This document shows positions 23,530 through 37,177 of a DNA stretch of 64,000 nt, piece by piece. Position 1 is the stretch's first letter. The number at the start of each line of letters is the position of its first letter. A model generated the notes under the pieces. The model ran no database searches. It had not been told where the DNA came from and saw only the letters and a program-made list of their open reading frames with translations. The position numbers and the translations under genes were made by a program. Source of the DNA: Peribolospora baueri (taxonomy: Eukaryota); the NCBI GenBank assembly GCA_029717555.1, contig JAMDHS010000032.1, positions 124,001 to 188,000 on the forward strand, in the 5' to 3' direction.

Positions 23530-26196
23530 ATGGACAAGCCAACTAGCTCGGCGGGTCAGCGTTCTCCATGGCTTGCTCATGATGAGTCCACTTCCACGAC
23601 AACAGCGACGACCGGCAAAGATGTCTTTGCTACCTCTCCTCCGCCCACTTCTCGCGCCCGCATGGCGAAGCGCAAGCTGGACGAAGCCCTACGCTCCTTA
23701 GACGACGCCTTCCGTTCAAGCAGCGACGTTGCTGAGATGTCCCGCGATTACAGTTCCTTTACATCTATCTCCTCTGCTCGCAAATCTATTTCCGATTTGG
23801 GGAGGACGGCCGCTGGCATTCCGGCGAGAAAGCTTAGGAAGGTAGCAGACGTGGAGGATGAGCTGGCGGATAAAGGGCCTCCGGCAGTCGGGACATTGGT
23901 CCGCCTGAGAGAGAAGTGGAGTATGGGCATGGGTTTGGGCTCCGGTTTGAGCAGGTGAGTGCTGGTCTCTATGCAAATGGCTGCAATGCATGAATCTTGA
24001 AGGACGTGCTGATTGACTCGACGACGCTTCGCTTGCTTCATGTTAGCCGCTCTTCTTCCCCTCAGCCACAGGTCTCTACTCCAGCTCTTGTTAGATTGTT
24101 ATCCAAAGCCAAAGGTCCTAACTCCACCCAATCCCCGTCGCTGGCTCCTCTCTCTGCCGCTCCTCACTCCTTGTCATCCCTACTCGACCGACTATCCACC
24201 TTCACCCTGACGTCGTACAGCTCGGACAAGCCCGAGGCAGTGGGCCCTCTCGAGGCAGCAAGGCATGGATGGAAGTGTGAGGGAGGGAGAGACAGGCTAG
24301 TATGCGATGCCGGGTGCGGGAAAGGAGAGGGATGGGTTGTTGGAAGGTTTCGCGGGTTGAACAAACACGCCGGTGAGCATGATCTTTTTCACCTTTGCAA
24401 TCAACCAACCGCTATTTTCTCTAATTTCTCACATTTACCAACGCATAGCGAACGCTCTTACAAGGAAAGTTGCCGATGAACTAATCACGATGCACAAATC
24501 TTACTGTCCATGGCGGACGAGGACTTGTGATCGTGAGTTTGGGTCCTCTCTTTGAAATGGCTGCGCAACATGTTACCTTTCTCTCCCAGCTTTCAAACTC
24601 AGCGCAAAACTACCTACATCTTGTTTCACCTACTGTAGCCTCTCTTTATCGCCTTCGACTACCACCCGGCGGATCCTACGCACTTCTTTACGACCTCGCC
24701 GCCAGGTCTCTAGCTCTCCAAGCTGTCCTCAGCGGCCAAGCTCAAAGCGACAAATCTGACGATCTGCCTGCGCATGAGGGACCGCTCGCGAACAAGACCG
24801 CCAACGGTACAGACAAGGATATCCGTCTTTCGAAGAAGCGTTGGCGCTTGAACGTCAAGTCTCCGGTCCTGGCAGAAGACGTCCGAGCCCTGCAAAGTGC
24901 GGTACAGAAGACGATCGAGCGAGCCACGGCAATGGAGAATGAGGAGTTGAGCGGTAACGAAGAGGGCACTGAGGAAGGACTGGCTCCGCATCAGGAAGAT
25001 CGTAGGACCGGCGTCGTGGGCAAGGGAAAGCGGATGGCACACGTCAGACAGAGCAAGACGTCTTCGCATATCGTCAGCAAGGAGGCAATTTTGGTCGCCC
25101 TTTTCCATTGGCACTTGGAGTTACCGTCAACGACATCGTCGGCTCCAAAGTCGGTCTCAGCCTCCTCCAAAGGACCGCTGTCTCTTGCCCCCTCGAGCAC
25201 AAGGGCGAGCTCGGCGCCCCAGTCATTTGCAGATTCTTCTGCAGCTGCCGTCATTTCTCCTCCTTTACTATCCGTCGAAAATGCTACCGTCCGTTGCAGC
25301 TTGTGTGCTCGTCGGGTAGGTTTGTGGAGCTTCCTGGAGGTGGACGGAGGGACTCAGGACGCGGCGGCCGACGGTGACCAGGCCAGCAGTGAAAAAGCGG
25401 AAGCGCAGAATGGTTCTGCTAAGAAGTCAACCTCTCGTGTCTTTGACCTGGCTCGTGAGCACAGGATGTTCTGTCCTGTGATCAATGCTAGGGTACAATC
25501 TGGTTTCAGCGCTGGGTCAGTGCTCGGTAAGGTTAGCTCAGCCTCTGCAGCGTCTTCACTCCTGGCGACGGACGCGCAGACAGAGGAAGCGGGAAGCCAG
25601 TCAATCCCTTCGTCGCCGGCGTCAATCTCAAGCTTGCCCAAGGATGCCTCGCCAGGTCCCCTTCCACGCCCAACCCTCCACCGCACAGACTCGACGACCA
25701 GCATCACGAGCATCGGCAGCGGCAATCTACCACCCATGCACCCCTCCCCCCCGCGAAGCCTCAAAACCGAACAATTTGTGCGGCACCAAGAAGCCGGGAT
25801 GCTGAGACCTGGGTGGAAGGTTCTACTTGACTTGGCTTTGAGGAGGAGGTCTGGAGGTGTGGCTGCTGGGGTTACTCAAGGTCAGCTTGGGCTGTCGGCA
25901 GATAGTGGAGAGGCATCCTCACTGTCTTCGCTGGGCTTGGGCTTGGATAAAGGTTGCACTTCTTCGGAGAAGGATATGGGTCAAGGTGAAGAAGGAGTCG
26001 CGGGCAAGAAAAGCTTGCGACACATGAAGGTGAGTGGCCTTCGACCAGTCATCCCACCTAGTCAATCTGAGCCCGCTATTGCCGTTCGCACACGCCCCAT
26101 TCATTCATGTCGGTCCACTCCTTTTGCCTTCCCGTCCCTGCGAAACAGTCTCACGACCTTCTCTCCTACGTTCGTGGCCTGTTCGGAGCTAGCTAG
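23530..26196 (+). CDS. zf-C3HC / Rsm1 (NIPA/ZC3HC1, Pml39-like) nuclear-basket protein
   Basis: First module LLDRLSTF...EAARHGW...RLVCDAGC...HKSYCPW; second module VRCSLCARRVGLWSF...FDLAREHRMFCP. Last exon SHDLLSYVRGLFGAS*. Confidence 0.8.
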
Positions 26197-26824
26197 CTCC
26201 ATTTCGTCTGCTCCTCGTTCTGCTTCTCCCGACTTTCGCACAAGGAGAGTGGGCAAGCGACGCTGACGGGCCAAAGCGGGATAAACTGAGCAGTCGACGT
26301 TGGATAGGCCTCCTTGTGACTAGCTCGAATTTGGTCCCATCATCGCGGGCACCGGCTGTTCTTGCTTATGCGTGTACGTACGTATATGATGAATGAGCGT
26401 ATGTATCAAAGAAAGTGAAGGCCGGAGCGAATCTGTACGATACATTTGAACAGGGGGAACAGGGGGCTTCCACACGTCCTCTTTGAGTCACGCGGTCGAC
26501 GTTCGACCTAGGATTGCGAGAAGCCAACAGCCGAGGAAGAAGCTCGGCCGTCTTCCCTCCTCAATATCTGCACAGCTTTTAGAGCGGGCGAGCGGCGAGA
26601 GAGTGCTTGCGATCATGACTGGCAAGGACGTGATAAGCTTATCACGGACGTCGGCGACCCGACAGAGCGGAGGTGTCCGTCGTATGCAGGCAACTCAAAT
26701 CATTCGATCATTCCCCGCTTGTATTGATATACGTACGCATGACAAACAGAGCGCTTTCCCTTCCCTCCTTCCTTTGCCGTCATAAAGACTCAAATAAATA
26801 ACGATGGCCTACTCTGCCATCGTC

Positions 26825-27974
26825 CTACTTGCTCCGATACTCCTTGAGCTCCTCGCTATCCCAGCTGACGAACTGACCGCTAAACTTGCTTTCGCCCTCG
26901 AAAACAAGCTTGGCGATGACGTGTCCAGGGTCGTCGGGGTGTATGAGCTTGCCCCCCTCGTGGAGGTCAATGAAGCGCTTGTGCTCATGAGGCAGCATGT
27001 TGCCTTTGCCTGACGTACGCATCACAGTTTGCATCTGTCGGTCGACCGTGAAAGGTGAGATAGGGAGCATCGGAGATAGATAGCGCCACGTAAGAGTCTC
27101 CCTCAGGTCTGGGGACGACTCCCCGGCGATGACTCGCAACACCACCGCCACGATCTCCCCGTCACTCACGGCAGTGTCCACGACGCCCGGTCGAACGGCG
27201 ACCGTCATGATGGAAGGCTCCTCCGTAGCGAGCGTCCGGCCAAGCGAGTTGAGGGCAGCTTTGCTTGCACTGGAACGGAAGGGTGTGAACGGGGGAGACG
27301 GATGGCGACGTATGGAAATCATCAGTCCACCCAAACCAAGCGCATGGGTGGGGCGGATTGAGGAGGCAAGGATCGAGGGGAGCCTCGTTAAGACACGCAC
27401 TTGTACGCCGCTGTCGCCGACGACCCGCCCACACTGGAGCCAGAGCTGACGAGAACGATCTTGCCTCCCTTCTTGGACTCGCGCAAGAGAGGGAGGACGT
27501 GGCGGAGCGATTGAACGATGGAAAAGAAGTTGATGTCGAAGAGACTGCGGAACTGGGTCAAGTCGTCTGGCGTCTTCGACAGCGGGGCGGGGATGGGGCG
27601 GCCGTCGAAGGACGGTGGACAGGTGGTGGATGAGCCCAGTTCGGGTGCAGGTACGTTCGCATTCGCTTCCCGCTCACCATGTCGGCCAACCTCTTCATCG
27701 GGTCCAGCACGCCAGCATTGAACACAACGCCGTCCAGGCCACCATACCTCTCCTTGGCAGCCTGCACGGCCTTCACGTTGACGGCTTCGTCCGTCACGTC
27801 GCCAAGGACGACTTCGACATCCTCAGGGTGCACTTTAGCGAAAGACTCGAGCTCGGGGGTACAGGTGCGGGAGAGGGTGACGACCTTTGCGTGGAAGGTG
27901 TCGACGAGGATGCGAAGGATAGAGAGGCCGATGCCTTTGGAAGCGCCCGTGACGAGTACGACGGGGCCGGACAT
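26825..27974 (-). CDS. Short-chain dehydrogenase/reductase (sepiapterin/benzil reductase-like, Irc24/YIR035C type)
   Basis: VLVTGASKGIG, VVFNAG, catalytic YNASK split by an intron, and VAVRPGVVDT|MQ. Confidence 0.88.
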
Positions 27975-28440
27975 GTTTGTTTTGTCTTGTCTGTTGTCGC
28001 TCGTGTGTTCCTGGTGGTGAAAGAATGATCGAGGACGATCACTGTGGTGCTGCCAAAAAAAAAACCGAAACGCCGGACCTCGTAGACTGCTGAGGTAACC
28101 GAAGTGATGTCACCCCGGGTCACCACGATTTGGGACTGCGTATGTACTCGCACCAATCGGCTGTCACATTCTGGAGCACTCTAGGAGAAGAGCAGAGATT
28201 AACACCTCTCGCAGAATCGGCTTGCCCGCCGAGGACCAATGAAGCTCTGAAAGGCGATGTATCCATTGCAAACAGAGAGAGATGTATCTAGCCCCGATGC
28301 ACCTCCCGAATCGTCCTCCACATCTACCACCCTCTTATGAACAATTCCGCCAGCTCACTCATCCCGCGCTCGCTGGACGACTGGACGAAACAAGTTTCAA
28401 CAACGGTGTCCCTCCGACGCGGAACATGCCGCTCTGGGTC

Positions 28441-29275
28441 TCAGTGGTGAGCGTGAGCGGCGTTGTGGTCACGTTCGAAACGGAGCCCGCTGTGAAGAAT
28501 CAAGAAAGGCATCGAAGAAAAAAAAAGACAGAAGAAAGTAACGAGTTCGGAAAACGGGGCAATGAAGCGGAAAAGGCTTCAGCGTCCATTCTACGCCACG
28601 CCCGATGGGCCATTCGCTCGTTTGTTATATCGGAGCTGCGCTCGCTCACCAGTACGGGCACGCCTTCGGGCCCGGCTTGTCGAGGTTGATGAACACGGCG
28701 GGGTGGCCGAGAGGACCACCGCCTGCAAGCAAATGCAGGAGCAGACAAGAAATGGCGGCACGAAGGAATGAAAGAGGGCGCGAGGCAAGGCAGAGTTCAC
28801 ATGTCAGCTCCATTGGGGATTTTGAGAGCGTTGCATTTGGCAAGCTTCGTTCAGCCATGGCACGCCACTCACCCCCATCACACCTCTCAATTCGGTTAGC
28901 CGTAAGCCTGACCGGCTCGCGCTGGATCATCTCCATAGCGCTGAGCGGCATAGGCTGGGACGCCATGTCCATCTGCTCGAAGCGAGGGCCCGTCATGGCG
29001 TTCGAGCGAGGGTTTTGGTCAGCGGACCAGGTAGTGGGGTAGTTGGGAGACTGTTCTGAGGGGACATGAGGGGGCGCGTGTGCGTGCGCTGGCGCCGGAG
29101 GGCGGGCGGGAGAAGGGGATTTCGTGGCGGGAGTGGAAGAAGACGAAGAGGACTCGGCGGAGAGTGCGGAGGTCGTGGAGAGCAGTCGCCGCGCGGCAGA
29201 CGGCGCGGAGCTCACAGAAAAGACGCGGGCCCTCTGAGCGAGAAGGCGGAAAGAGCCAGAAGATGAGACGAGCAT
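28441..29275 (-). CDS. NDUFS6: NADH:ubiquinone oxidoreductase zinc-finger subunit (NDUFS6, zf-CHCC)
   Basis: Mitochondrial presequence. Spliced product RCDGG|GGPLGHPAVFINLDKPGPKACPYC|GLRFERDHNAAHAHH*. Confidence 0.93.
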
Positions 29276-30699
29276 GGCGAGCGGGCGAGTCTTCACGACG
29301 AGGCGACAACGGTGGATGTGATGGATGGCCTGGTTCAGAAGATGGTATCATCGGCCACCCCGGCTCGACCGTGGCGCGCTTCCGATGGAGGAACGCGGCG
29401 ATCGGCGGTCATAAGCATGCACACGGTTCCCACGGTCGTTTGCTCTCCGGAACGGCCGTCTCCCTTCCCTTGCTGGTGGTGCTCACTGGTGAGGTGGAGC
29501 TGCGTAGAACGCCGTTCGCGAGCAGCGGGCTAGTCGTCCAAGCTTGCGCGACAAATATCTCCCCAAGAGGCGACAGACGTCTGGACATTCTTTTCCGTCT
29601 CTGCGCCACCGCAAGACGGCGGCGCACACAGGAAACCTTGAACGATCCAAATCGCTAGGTGAATTGGGTGCCTTTGGCTGCTCGGTAGACCCACTATTGA
29701 GGGACAGATTCAAGCCTGGCAGAAAAGGAAGTCTTTGCTGGAAGCTTATCTGATATGGACGGCGCAACGCATCGTGCAAATCGCTCCGCTTCATTACCTT
29801 GACAGTTTGAGTCCCTCTATCTGTCTCATCACATAGCACAATGTCCTTTCCAGTCGGGCCCGGGCTAGTGTCGCTTTTCCCACCGGCATGAGTAAACATA
29901 CATTTACAAACTCGATTGCCAGCCATCCATACATTCCATGGCCAAAAGAGCCGGAAACCTACTAAGCCCCGCGGCCTTGTTCGCTCTCTAGAGCCAGGAG
30001 TCTTGCCCCCTGCGGGCGGCTTGGCTGAGTGTTCGTGCGTCGCTTTGGAAAGGTGTTCGGGCCATGACATGGCATTGGGGAGGGCCGATGCACAGAGAGA
30101 GGAGCAAATGCCGCCGCTTGTTTGTCTGCCGTGTCGACGTATGAACGAGAACGGGTCCCGGTCAGTCAGGTATGTATGCCGAAGGGCGGCTGCGGCGAGA
30201 GGACTGGCTGCGGCAGGCATTGTCCTCGACGACGCCCCGCTCCTCCCTTCGAGTCGCGCGCTTGACGGCGATCATTGTCCCCGGAAATTGATCGAGGACG
30301 AGACGCTGGAAGAAGGGCCGGGCTCTTTCTTTCTTCTTCATCATCCACCCATCCGCACCGTCGGCACTCATCGCCCAGCGTTTGTCGTTTCATCCATTCA
30401 GCGGCCGCCAGGCCACGGACGCCGACCGCTGTCAGAACGAACACGCCACCATCACGGCCGACCCAGGTGCGCGTCACATCGTCGTCCGCATCGACCCGCG
30501 GAAAGCAGTCCGTGGCACCTCTGGGGCCCGTGAACGTTTGCTTTCCGACGGTATTTTTTCCTCTTCCTCGTCCTCGTCGACGCACACCCACGCCATTGAC
30601 GACGACCTCCCTTCCGGCACCTCTGCGTCGCCGCCGCCTTCTACCGACGAGAATTGGCGCGTTTCCATCCATCCACCCGATTCCACCCCTCCCGCCCGC

Positions 30700-33600
30700 A
30701 TGACCGTCACTCGCAGATCGAATAGACTCTCCGGCTCCAACAGCTCTGGCTCTCCCGAGAGCAGACGCAAGCCCTTCAACGTCTCCGGTTCGGTCGACCA
30801 TGTTGGAGACGAGGAAGGGGAAGAGGAAGACGACCCGCCGCAGGCATACAGCTCGAGGGGCCGGCCTCTGAAAAAGCCTCTGAACTATGCGGACATGGAG
30901 GATGAGGATGATGACGACGACATGCCAGTGAAACGGCCGAAGAGTAAAACGAGAAGGAGCAGCACTGACGTAAGTTTGCGGCTCGTTATTCTTGCTGAAT
31001 ATATAGATATACATATGCACATCAGCGCGCTGACGACAGAGGGAATTGCACGTCTGCTTCTTGCGTTTGAACTCTCTTCGCTCCATCGCCTATCAGTTTG
31101 TTGTACATGACGACGACGATGAAGACGCTGACGGCGACTACAACGCCACACGGCCAAGCCCCCGTCGCCGTCGCATGGTATTGAATAACTTGAGCGCGAG
31201 GCGTGCGCGCGAATCTGCGGAGGCCGATGCTCGGAAGACGCGGAGGCTTCCATCGAGAGGCAAGAACAAGGCTCGGGCAGCGGACAGCTACGCGGGGGTG
31301 CGGGATGGAAGCGAGGAATACAACGACGATGAGGCGGATGAAGATGATGATCTCGACGTCGATATGGACGACGACGGCGCAAAGGAGGAGTCAGAGGAAG
31401 AGGGACAAGCAGAGGAGCCGAAAAAGTACGCTCTCAGGACGCGCAAGAAGATGATCAACTATAACTACAATCTTTTCCAGCCCGCCGAGCTTCGCGACGG
31501 CTTCGGTCGCAAGGTCTCTCGAAAAGTCGGTGGTAGTGGCGGGACGGGGACTGTGGCGGGAGTGAGTGGCCTGGGGAGCAGACCGAAGGGAAAGGGGAGA
31601 GCCTCCGACGGCCTAGCCACCATCCCTTGGGGCGCCAAAGGGAAAGATTACGATCGTTTTTTCGGCGGCAACGAGGACTCGAGTTCGGACGACGACTTGC
31701 CCAACGCGCCTCGTGGAACCGGACTTGGCAGTGCGTCCTTGGAGGGCGGACTTGGTGGTGGTCTACTCCCAGGAGGTGGAACTGCGGCTGCCGCTGGAAG
31801 TGGAGGTCTAGTCGACTTTGGTGGCGGAGCGGGCAGTTCGAACCTTGGTCGCATCCGTCCCGGTGGCGATCCGGTGGGCGACATCGACCCGCTGGGCGTC
31901 AACATGCAAGTCTCCTTCGACGGCATCGGCGGCTTGGATGGGCACATCCAACGCCTCAAGGAGATGGTCTCGCTTCCGCTCCTTTACCCAGAGGTGTTTC
32001 AGCGCTTCGGCGTCACCCCGCCTCGCGGCGTACTGTTCCACGGTCCGCCGGGCACGGGTAAGACATTGCTCGCGCGCGCTCTTGCTGCGAGCTGCAGTAC
32101 TGAAGGCCAGCAGATTAGCTTCTTCATGCGCAAGGGCGCGGACGCACTCTCCAAGTGGGTCGGCGAAGCGGAAAGGCAGCTGAGGTTGCTATTCGAAGAG
32201 GCGAGGCGTTGCCAGCCTTCGATCATCTTCTTCGATGAGATTGACGGCCTGGCACCGGTGCGGAGCAGCAAACAAGAGCAAATTCACGCTAGCATCGTCA
32301 GCACCCTTCTTGCCCTCATGGACGGCATGGACGGACGTGGCCAGGTGATCGTAATCGGCGCCACCAATCGGCCTGATAACATTGATCCAGCGCTAAGGAG
32401 GCCGGGCCGCTTCGACCGCGAGTTTTACTTTCCTCTGCCCAATCGCGAGGCGAGGAAGAAGATCATCGAGATCCAGACGAAGGGATGGAATCCGCCGTTG
32501 GGAGACAAGTTTGTTGACCAGCTCGCTGAGATCACCAAAGGGTACGGTGGCGCGGATTTGAGGGTGAGGATTCGACGTCATGATATCAGATGTCTTCGAG
32601 ACACTACCTTGCTTATTCCTTCTCGCCCTGATTCTCGCCTCTTCGCTTCGCGCAGGCGCTATGCACAGAGGCGGCACTGAACGCCATCCAACGCAAGTAT
32701 CCTCAGATCTACAAGACCACCGATCGCCTCGTGCTGGATCCGTCCAAGATTGACGTACAGGCGAAGGACTTTATGATATCTGCTCAGAGTGAGTGGTGCG
32801 GGATTTAACTATGCGGGATTTAACGAAGCTCCCAACGCCAGAGCTGACTAGTCCCGATTCCCCTCGACCCATCAGACCTCATTCCGTCCTCTGCGCGCTC
32901 CACTTCGTCCGTCGCCGCACCTCTTCCCTCCCACCTCGAACCTCTGCTTGGGCCCGCTTTGAAATTGGCAAAAGTCGCCATGAACAAGATCTTGCCAGAG
33001 GTGAAAAAACGTAATCCGTTGGAAGAAGCGGAATGGGAGCCTGCCGAAGACACGGCCGGTGATGGCGGTTTTAGCCACGAGATGATGCTGCAGTCGTTCG
33101 ATACCTTGCGAGTCTTCCGTCCGCGCATGCTTGTCCACGGGGACGAAGGAATGGGCCAGTCCTTCCTCGGTGCGGCGATCATGCATCACCTAGAAGGGTT
33201 CCACGTTCAGAGCCTCGACATCGGCACACTTATGGGTGACCCCGCCCGTACGCCAGAGGCGGCCGTCGTGCAACTTTTCGCCGAGGCCAAGCGCCACAAG
33301 CCGAGCGTTCTCTTCATCCCCGGCCTGCGCCACTGGGCCGAGACAGTGACGGAGAGCGTGCGCAACACGACCAGGGCGCTGCTCGACAATCTCGCTCCAA
33401 GCGACCCGATCATGCTTCTCGCCGTGCTCGACGGATCACTGAAGGATCTGCCGAGGGATGTGCGAACCTGGTTCGGCTTGCTCAAGGACAACAAGGTCGC
33501 CATCTGGAGGCCGACGAAGGCAAGTCTCTGCGACGCTCAGAAATGGGGCTACGAGCGGACAAGGGATGACGGCTTGCTCACATTGTTTTCATCCACAGGA

Positions 33601-35345
33601 TCAACGCAAGGCGTTCTTTTCCGAGCTGCTCTCCCACATCGAGCGTCCTCCCGACCAATTCCCCGACGCGGTGCCGAGAAAGCGTCGCTTGCTCGAAGAG
33701 CTGCCCAAGGCCCCACCACGCCCGCCGCGCATGCCGAGCAAAGAGGAGCTGCAGCAGCAAGAGGAGAGCGACGCGCGTCTGTTCGAGTATCTAAAGTTCA
33801 GACTGAACATCGTCTTCAACGAGCTGAAGAAGAAAGCGCACAAGTTCAGGAAGAGCATCTTGGTGAGTGGAATCGGGGGCCTCGGGATTCAATTCGTAAG
33901 AAAGAGCTATGTGCTGACCCGATTTCTCTGTTTCGTAGGAGGACATGGACTTTGACAATCCGAGTTTTGTGGTTGAACGCAAAGGAGAAGAGGTCATCAT
34001 CACCGTCCACCCTCCCGCGCAGCCCCCAGCGAAGACTACGGGCCCAGCGGGGACTACGGACCCAGCGGAGGTTACCGGCCCAGCGGGGACTACGGGCCCA
34101 GCGGAGGTTACCGGCCCGAATGGGGAGAACGGGGAGACCGTTGTGATGCTTGATTTGCCTGAGCGGGCTTCCACCGTTACGGCCACCGCCGAAACCGCAC
34201 TCAATGGCGATGTAGTCGTTCAAGCGGAGGCTACCGTTCAGGAGGGGGCCATCGCTGCTGCTCCTCCATCTCAGACGCAGCCGGGACCGAACGGCGTCTC
34301 TGCCCATCCCACCACCCCTCCGCCAGGAACAGTACCACAGTATCAACCACAGGTTCACACAATGTACGACGTCGACCTGGAGAAGATGCACCGCAAGCTG
34401 TACGACAGCGCGTACTTGACCGTCGAAGCGTTCTTACAGGACCTGGACAAGATCGTGACCAACGCCACCATCTTTGTCGGCGATGGAGAGGGGACCGACG
34501 TGGAGCTACTGCTCAAGGCGCAGGCGATGCGCACCAACGCCAACATACTGGTCGACCAGAACTTTGAGCTAGCCTTCCGCCAGGAATGCCAGCGCATGGC
34601 CGAGAGGCAGGCACAACGCATGGCAGCCAAGAAGGCAGCGAGAAAGCGAGCAAAAGAGGAAGCGGCCGCAGCAGCACTACCTCACAAACCGGCCGGCACA
34701 CGTCATAGCGCGCGCAACAGCGGCGAGGCTCCAGAGTTTTCGTTGCAGGACCCTCTGTTGGTGGAGCGCGAGAACAAGCGACTGAAGCGCAGCTCCGTGG
34801 AGGCAAGCTCAGATGACGCAGAGTCGGAGGGCTTGCGAAAGCGGGCGAGGACTGAGAATTCTGTCGAGCCGCAACTACCGGCTGCCTCCATTGGCAGTCA
34901 AGTCCAGAGCCACTCTCCTGGTACATCGGGGCCTCTATTCGTCTCGATGAACGCCGAGTCTGCAGCGACGACGTCGTCGAGCGAAAACTATCAGCCTGGC
35001 CCGCCGCCGGTGTTGGACGAAACGGGCGGCGTGGCCGTCGCGGAGCAGGTCGGATCCGTTCTCGATCCTGCTCAGCCGTCGGCGCCTTCTCCGCCATTGC
35101 ACCCCGCTTTCAACCTTTCCCCTCACGTTCTTGCAGAGCTGACCTCTCTCTTGGTCGAGTCGACGGATGATCTGACGGTCGAAGAGCTGGAGCAGCTCCG
35201 GGCGGCTTCATTCGACATGGTGTGGCATCATCGGAGCGAGTGGGATCGCGATGGGCTCGTGAGGCGGCTCGTCGAGCTGTCTACCGAGTTTTTGGACCAG
35301 GTCAGGGAGGACAGGAGGAGTCGTACGGCTTTGGCGGATGAATGA
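30700..35345 (+). CDS. YTA7: Yta7/Abo1/ATAD2 AAA+ ATPase histone chaperone with bromodomain-like region
   Basis: Acidic N-terminus. AAA1: GVLFHGPPGTGKT, FFMRKGADALSKWVGEAERQLRLLF, IIFFDEIDG, ALRRPGRFDRE. Degenerate AAA2: HGDEGMGQSF. Bromo-like region: VDLEKMHRKL...YLTVEAFLQDLDKIVTNA. C-terminal LTVEELEQLRA. Confidence 0.95.
34025..34114 (+). repeat. Five 18-bp tandem units (CCCAGCG...) within YTA7 coding sequence
   Basis: cccagcgaagactacggg / cccagcggggactacgga / cccagcggaggttaccgg / cccagcggggactacggg / cccagcggaggttaccgg. Confidence 0.9.
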
Positions 35346-37177
35346 AGTCGACATGGTCGTCGTCGTTCTCGTCGAGAGGTGCTCCGCTCATCACGCCGGT
35401 AAATACCATCTGTCTCTCTGTATCTACGTCATCTCTCGCTGTCATCGTTAGCCAGATTTTCCTTTTTATCCTCAGTCCTAGTCCAAATCCGCGTCTTCTC
35501 TTAGTCTTCCCGTCCCCCTTGTACACCTTGGCCAGTTCCCGTCCTCGTCCTCTCTTAGTCCGGGGGCGTTGCCCGCCTTGCTTTGAACAGTCGGAAGGGG
35601 CACCGAGAGGAGGGAAGAAATGAGGCAGAGTCGTCGATTGAGGACCAAGTTGAGAGGCGCGAAGCTCTGCGAGCCGTTCGGGAAACGGGTACAGGCGAGG
35701 GCAATATCTGCCCTGCCGACTGCCAGTACAAACAGCGGCGCCCGTGGAAGCTAAAGGCCGAAGGAGCGTGGGTTACTACTGATGGACCTGGGAAGAGAAG
35801 GGGGAGTGCGTGACTGGAGAGAGGAGGTGGACGCAAGCCGGGGCGGCGACTGACTTCTGGACGGAACCGATGTTCGCACATGGATTGATTGGATGGGAGA
35901 GCCTGGGATCGGATCGGATCGCACGCCTCTTATCGACTGACATGATAAGCGTCGTCGTTGATCCGCGCAGTTCACGAATGACGCCGAGACCGCTAACAGG
36001 CGTAACTGTCTCGGACCGCGAACGAGCCAAGCTGTCCGTCGCGTCCGCCTCGGATGGATGCCCACGAAGACTCGCGCTGGACTTGGGGGGGGCAGGCACT
36101 CGCAAAACCTGCGGTCGGCCTTCGGGTCTGGGATCGATCGATCGTTCGTTATCTGCTGATATGATGTGCTCGCTCTCCTTCGCGAACAAAAAAAAAAAAA
36201 AAGCCGGCCCCGGCTCGGCTTCGGCTTCGGCTTTGGCTTTGGATTTGGATTTGGATTTGGGTTGGTGCGCACGACGCGTGGGCGTATGTGACGCATGTAA
36301 CGTATGCAACATATGTAATGCGTGTATATGTATGTATGCATTATGCCGGCGGGGACGGCGTAGGTTTGTTTGTGTCCCACGGCCATCAACGCAAAATGAA
36401 ATGAAATGGAGATGAAACAAATATGAAGACGATCAGATCATGGACGACCAGTACAGTACAGTCAAAAAAGTAGGGATGGATAGACAATCTTATCCGTCCG
36501 TCCCTCTTCGCGCTTGGACGCAACGTCGTCGTCGTCGTCGTCATCACTGACCGTGGACACTGCACTCTCGTCGGCGCCGGTGGATAGATGGACAGATGAG
36601 CAGGTCGCTGGCAGAACCAACGGCAACGGCGTTCGGAGCAGGGAGACGAGTCGCCGAGAGAGTCGATTCGCGCAAAAAGTGGAAAAAAAAAGAAAACACC
36701 GACGCGAAGGAGGCGCCCTCTACTATTTTTTTTGGTGGTGGGGAGGGTAGTACAACAAATACAAGGGGCGGGCCGGGCGATCTGGGCGTCGTGTACGAGG
36801 CCTGGGCGTGTAGATAGCACGAGAGCAGGCGAGCAGGCGGCGAGCGAGCGAGCGGGAGGGTGGGTGGGTGGGGCGTGGCGGGAGAGGGGAGAACTGGTAC
36901 AAGCAAGCGGAAATGGAAAAGGGGCAGGCGCCGCGAAAAGGAGAAAGGCGGGGGGAAGGACCATGAGGGATGTCCACCACGAAGGAAAGAAAACAACAAC
37001 AAAACGCGACCGTGACAGGGAGAAAAGAAGAAAATTGTCTATCTATGTGTCTGCATCTAATAACACTCCAAGCAAGCGGGGTATATATCTACTCTCCTTC
37101 CCCTCACCGCCGTCAAATGCAGCCGCCACGCCACGGGCTATGGAAGGAAGGAAGGAGAGGCAGCACTCCACTGTCCA

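Noticed and set aside
26780..26830. Possible stop-codon readthrough PTS1 on the SDR (also checked for the dienelactone hydrolase)
   Set aside because: Both stops are TAG without the TGA-CTA context, and the extensions do not end in an SKL-like tripeptide.
33121..33170. Broken Walker A (GMGQS) in YTA7 suggesting a pseudogene
   Set aside because: A degenerate second AAA domain is normal for the Yta7/ATAD2 family.
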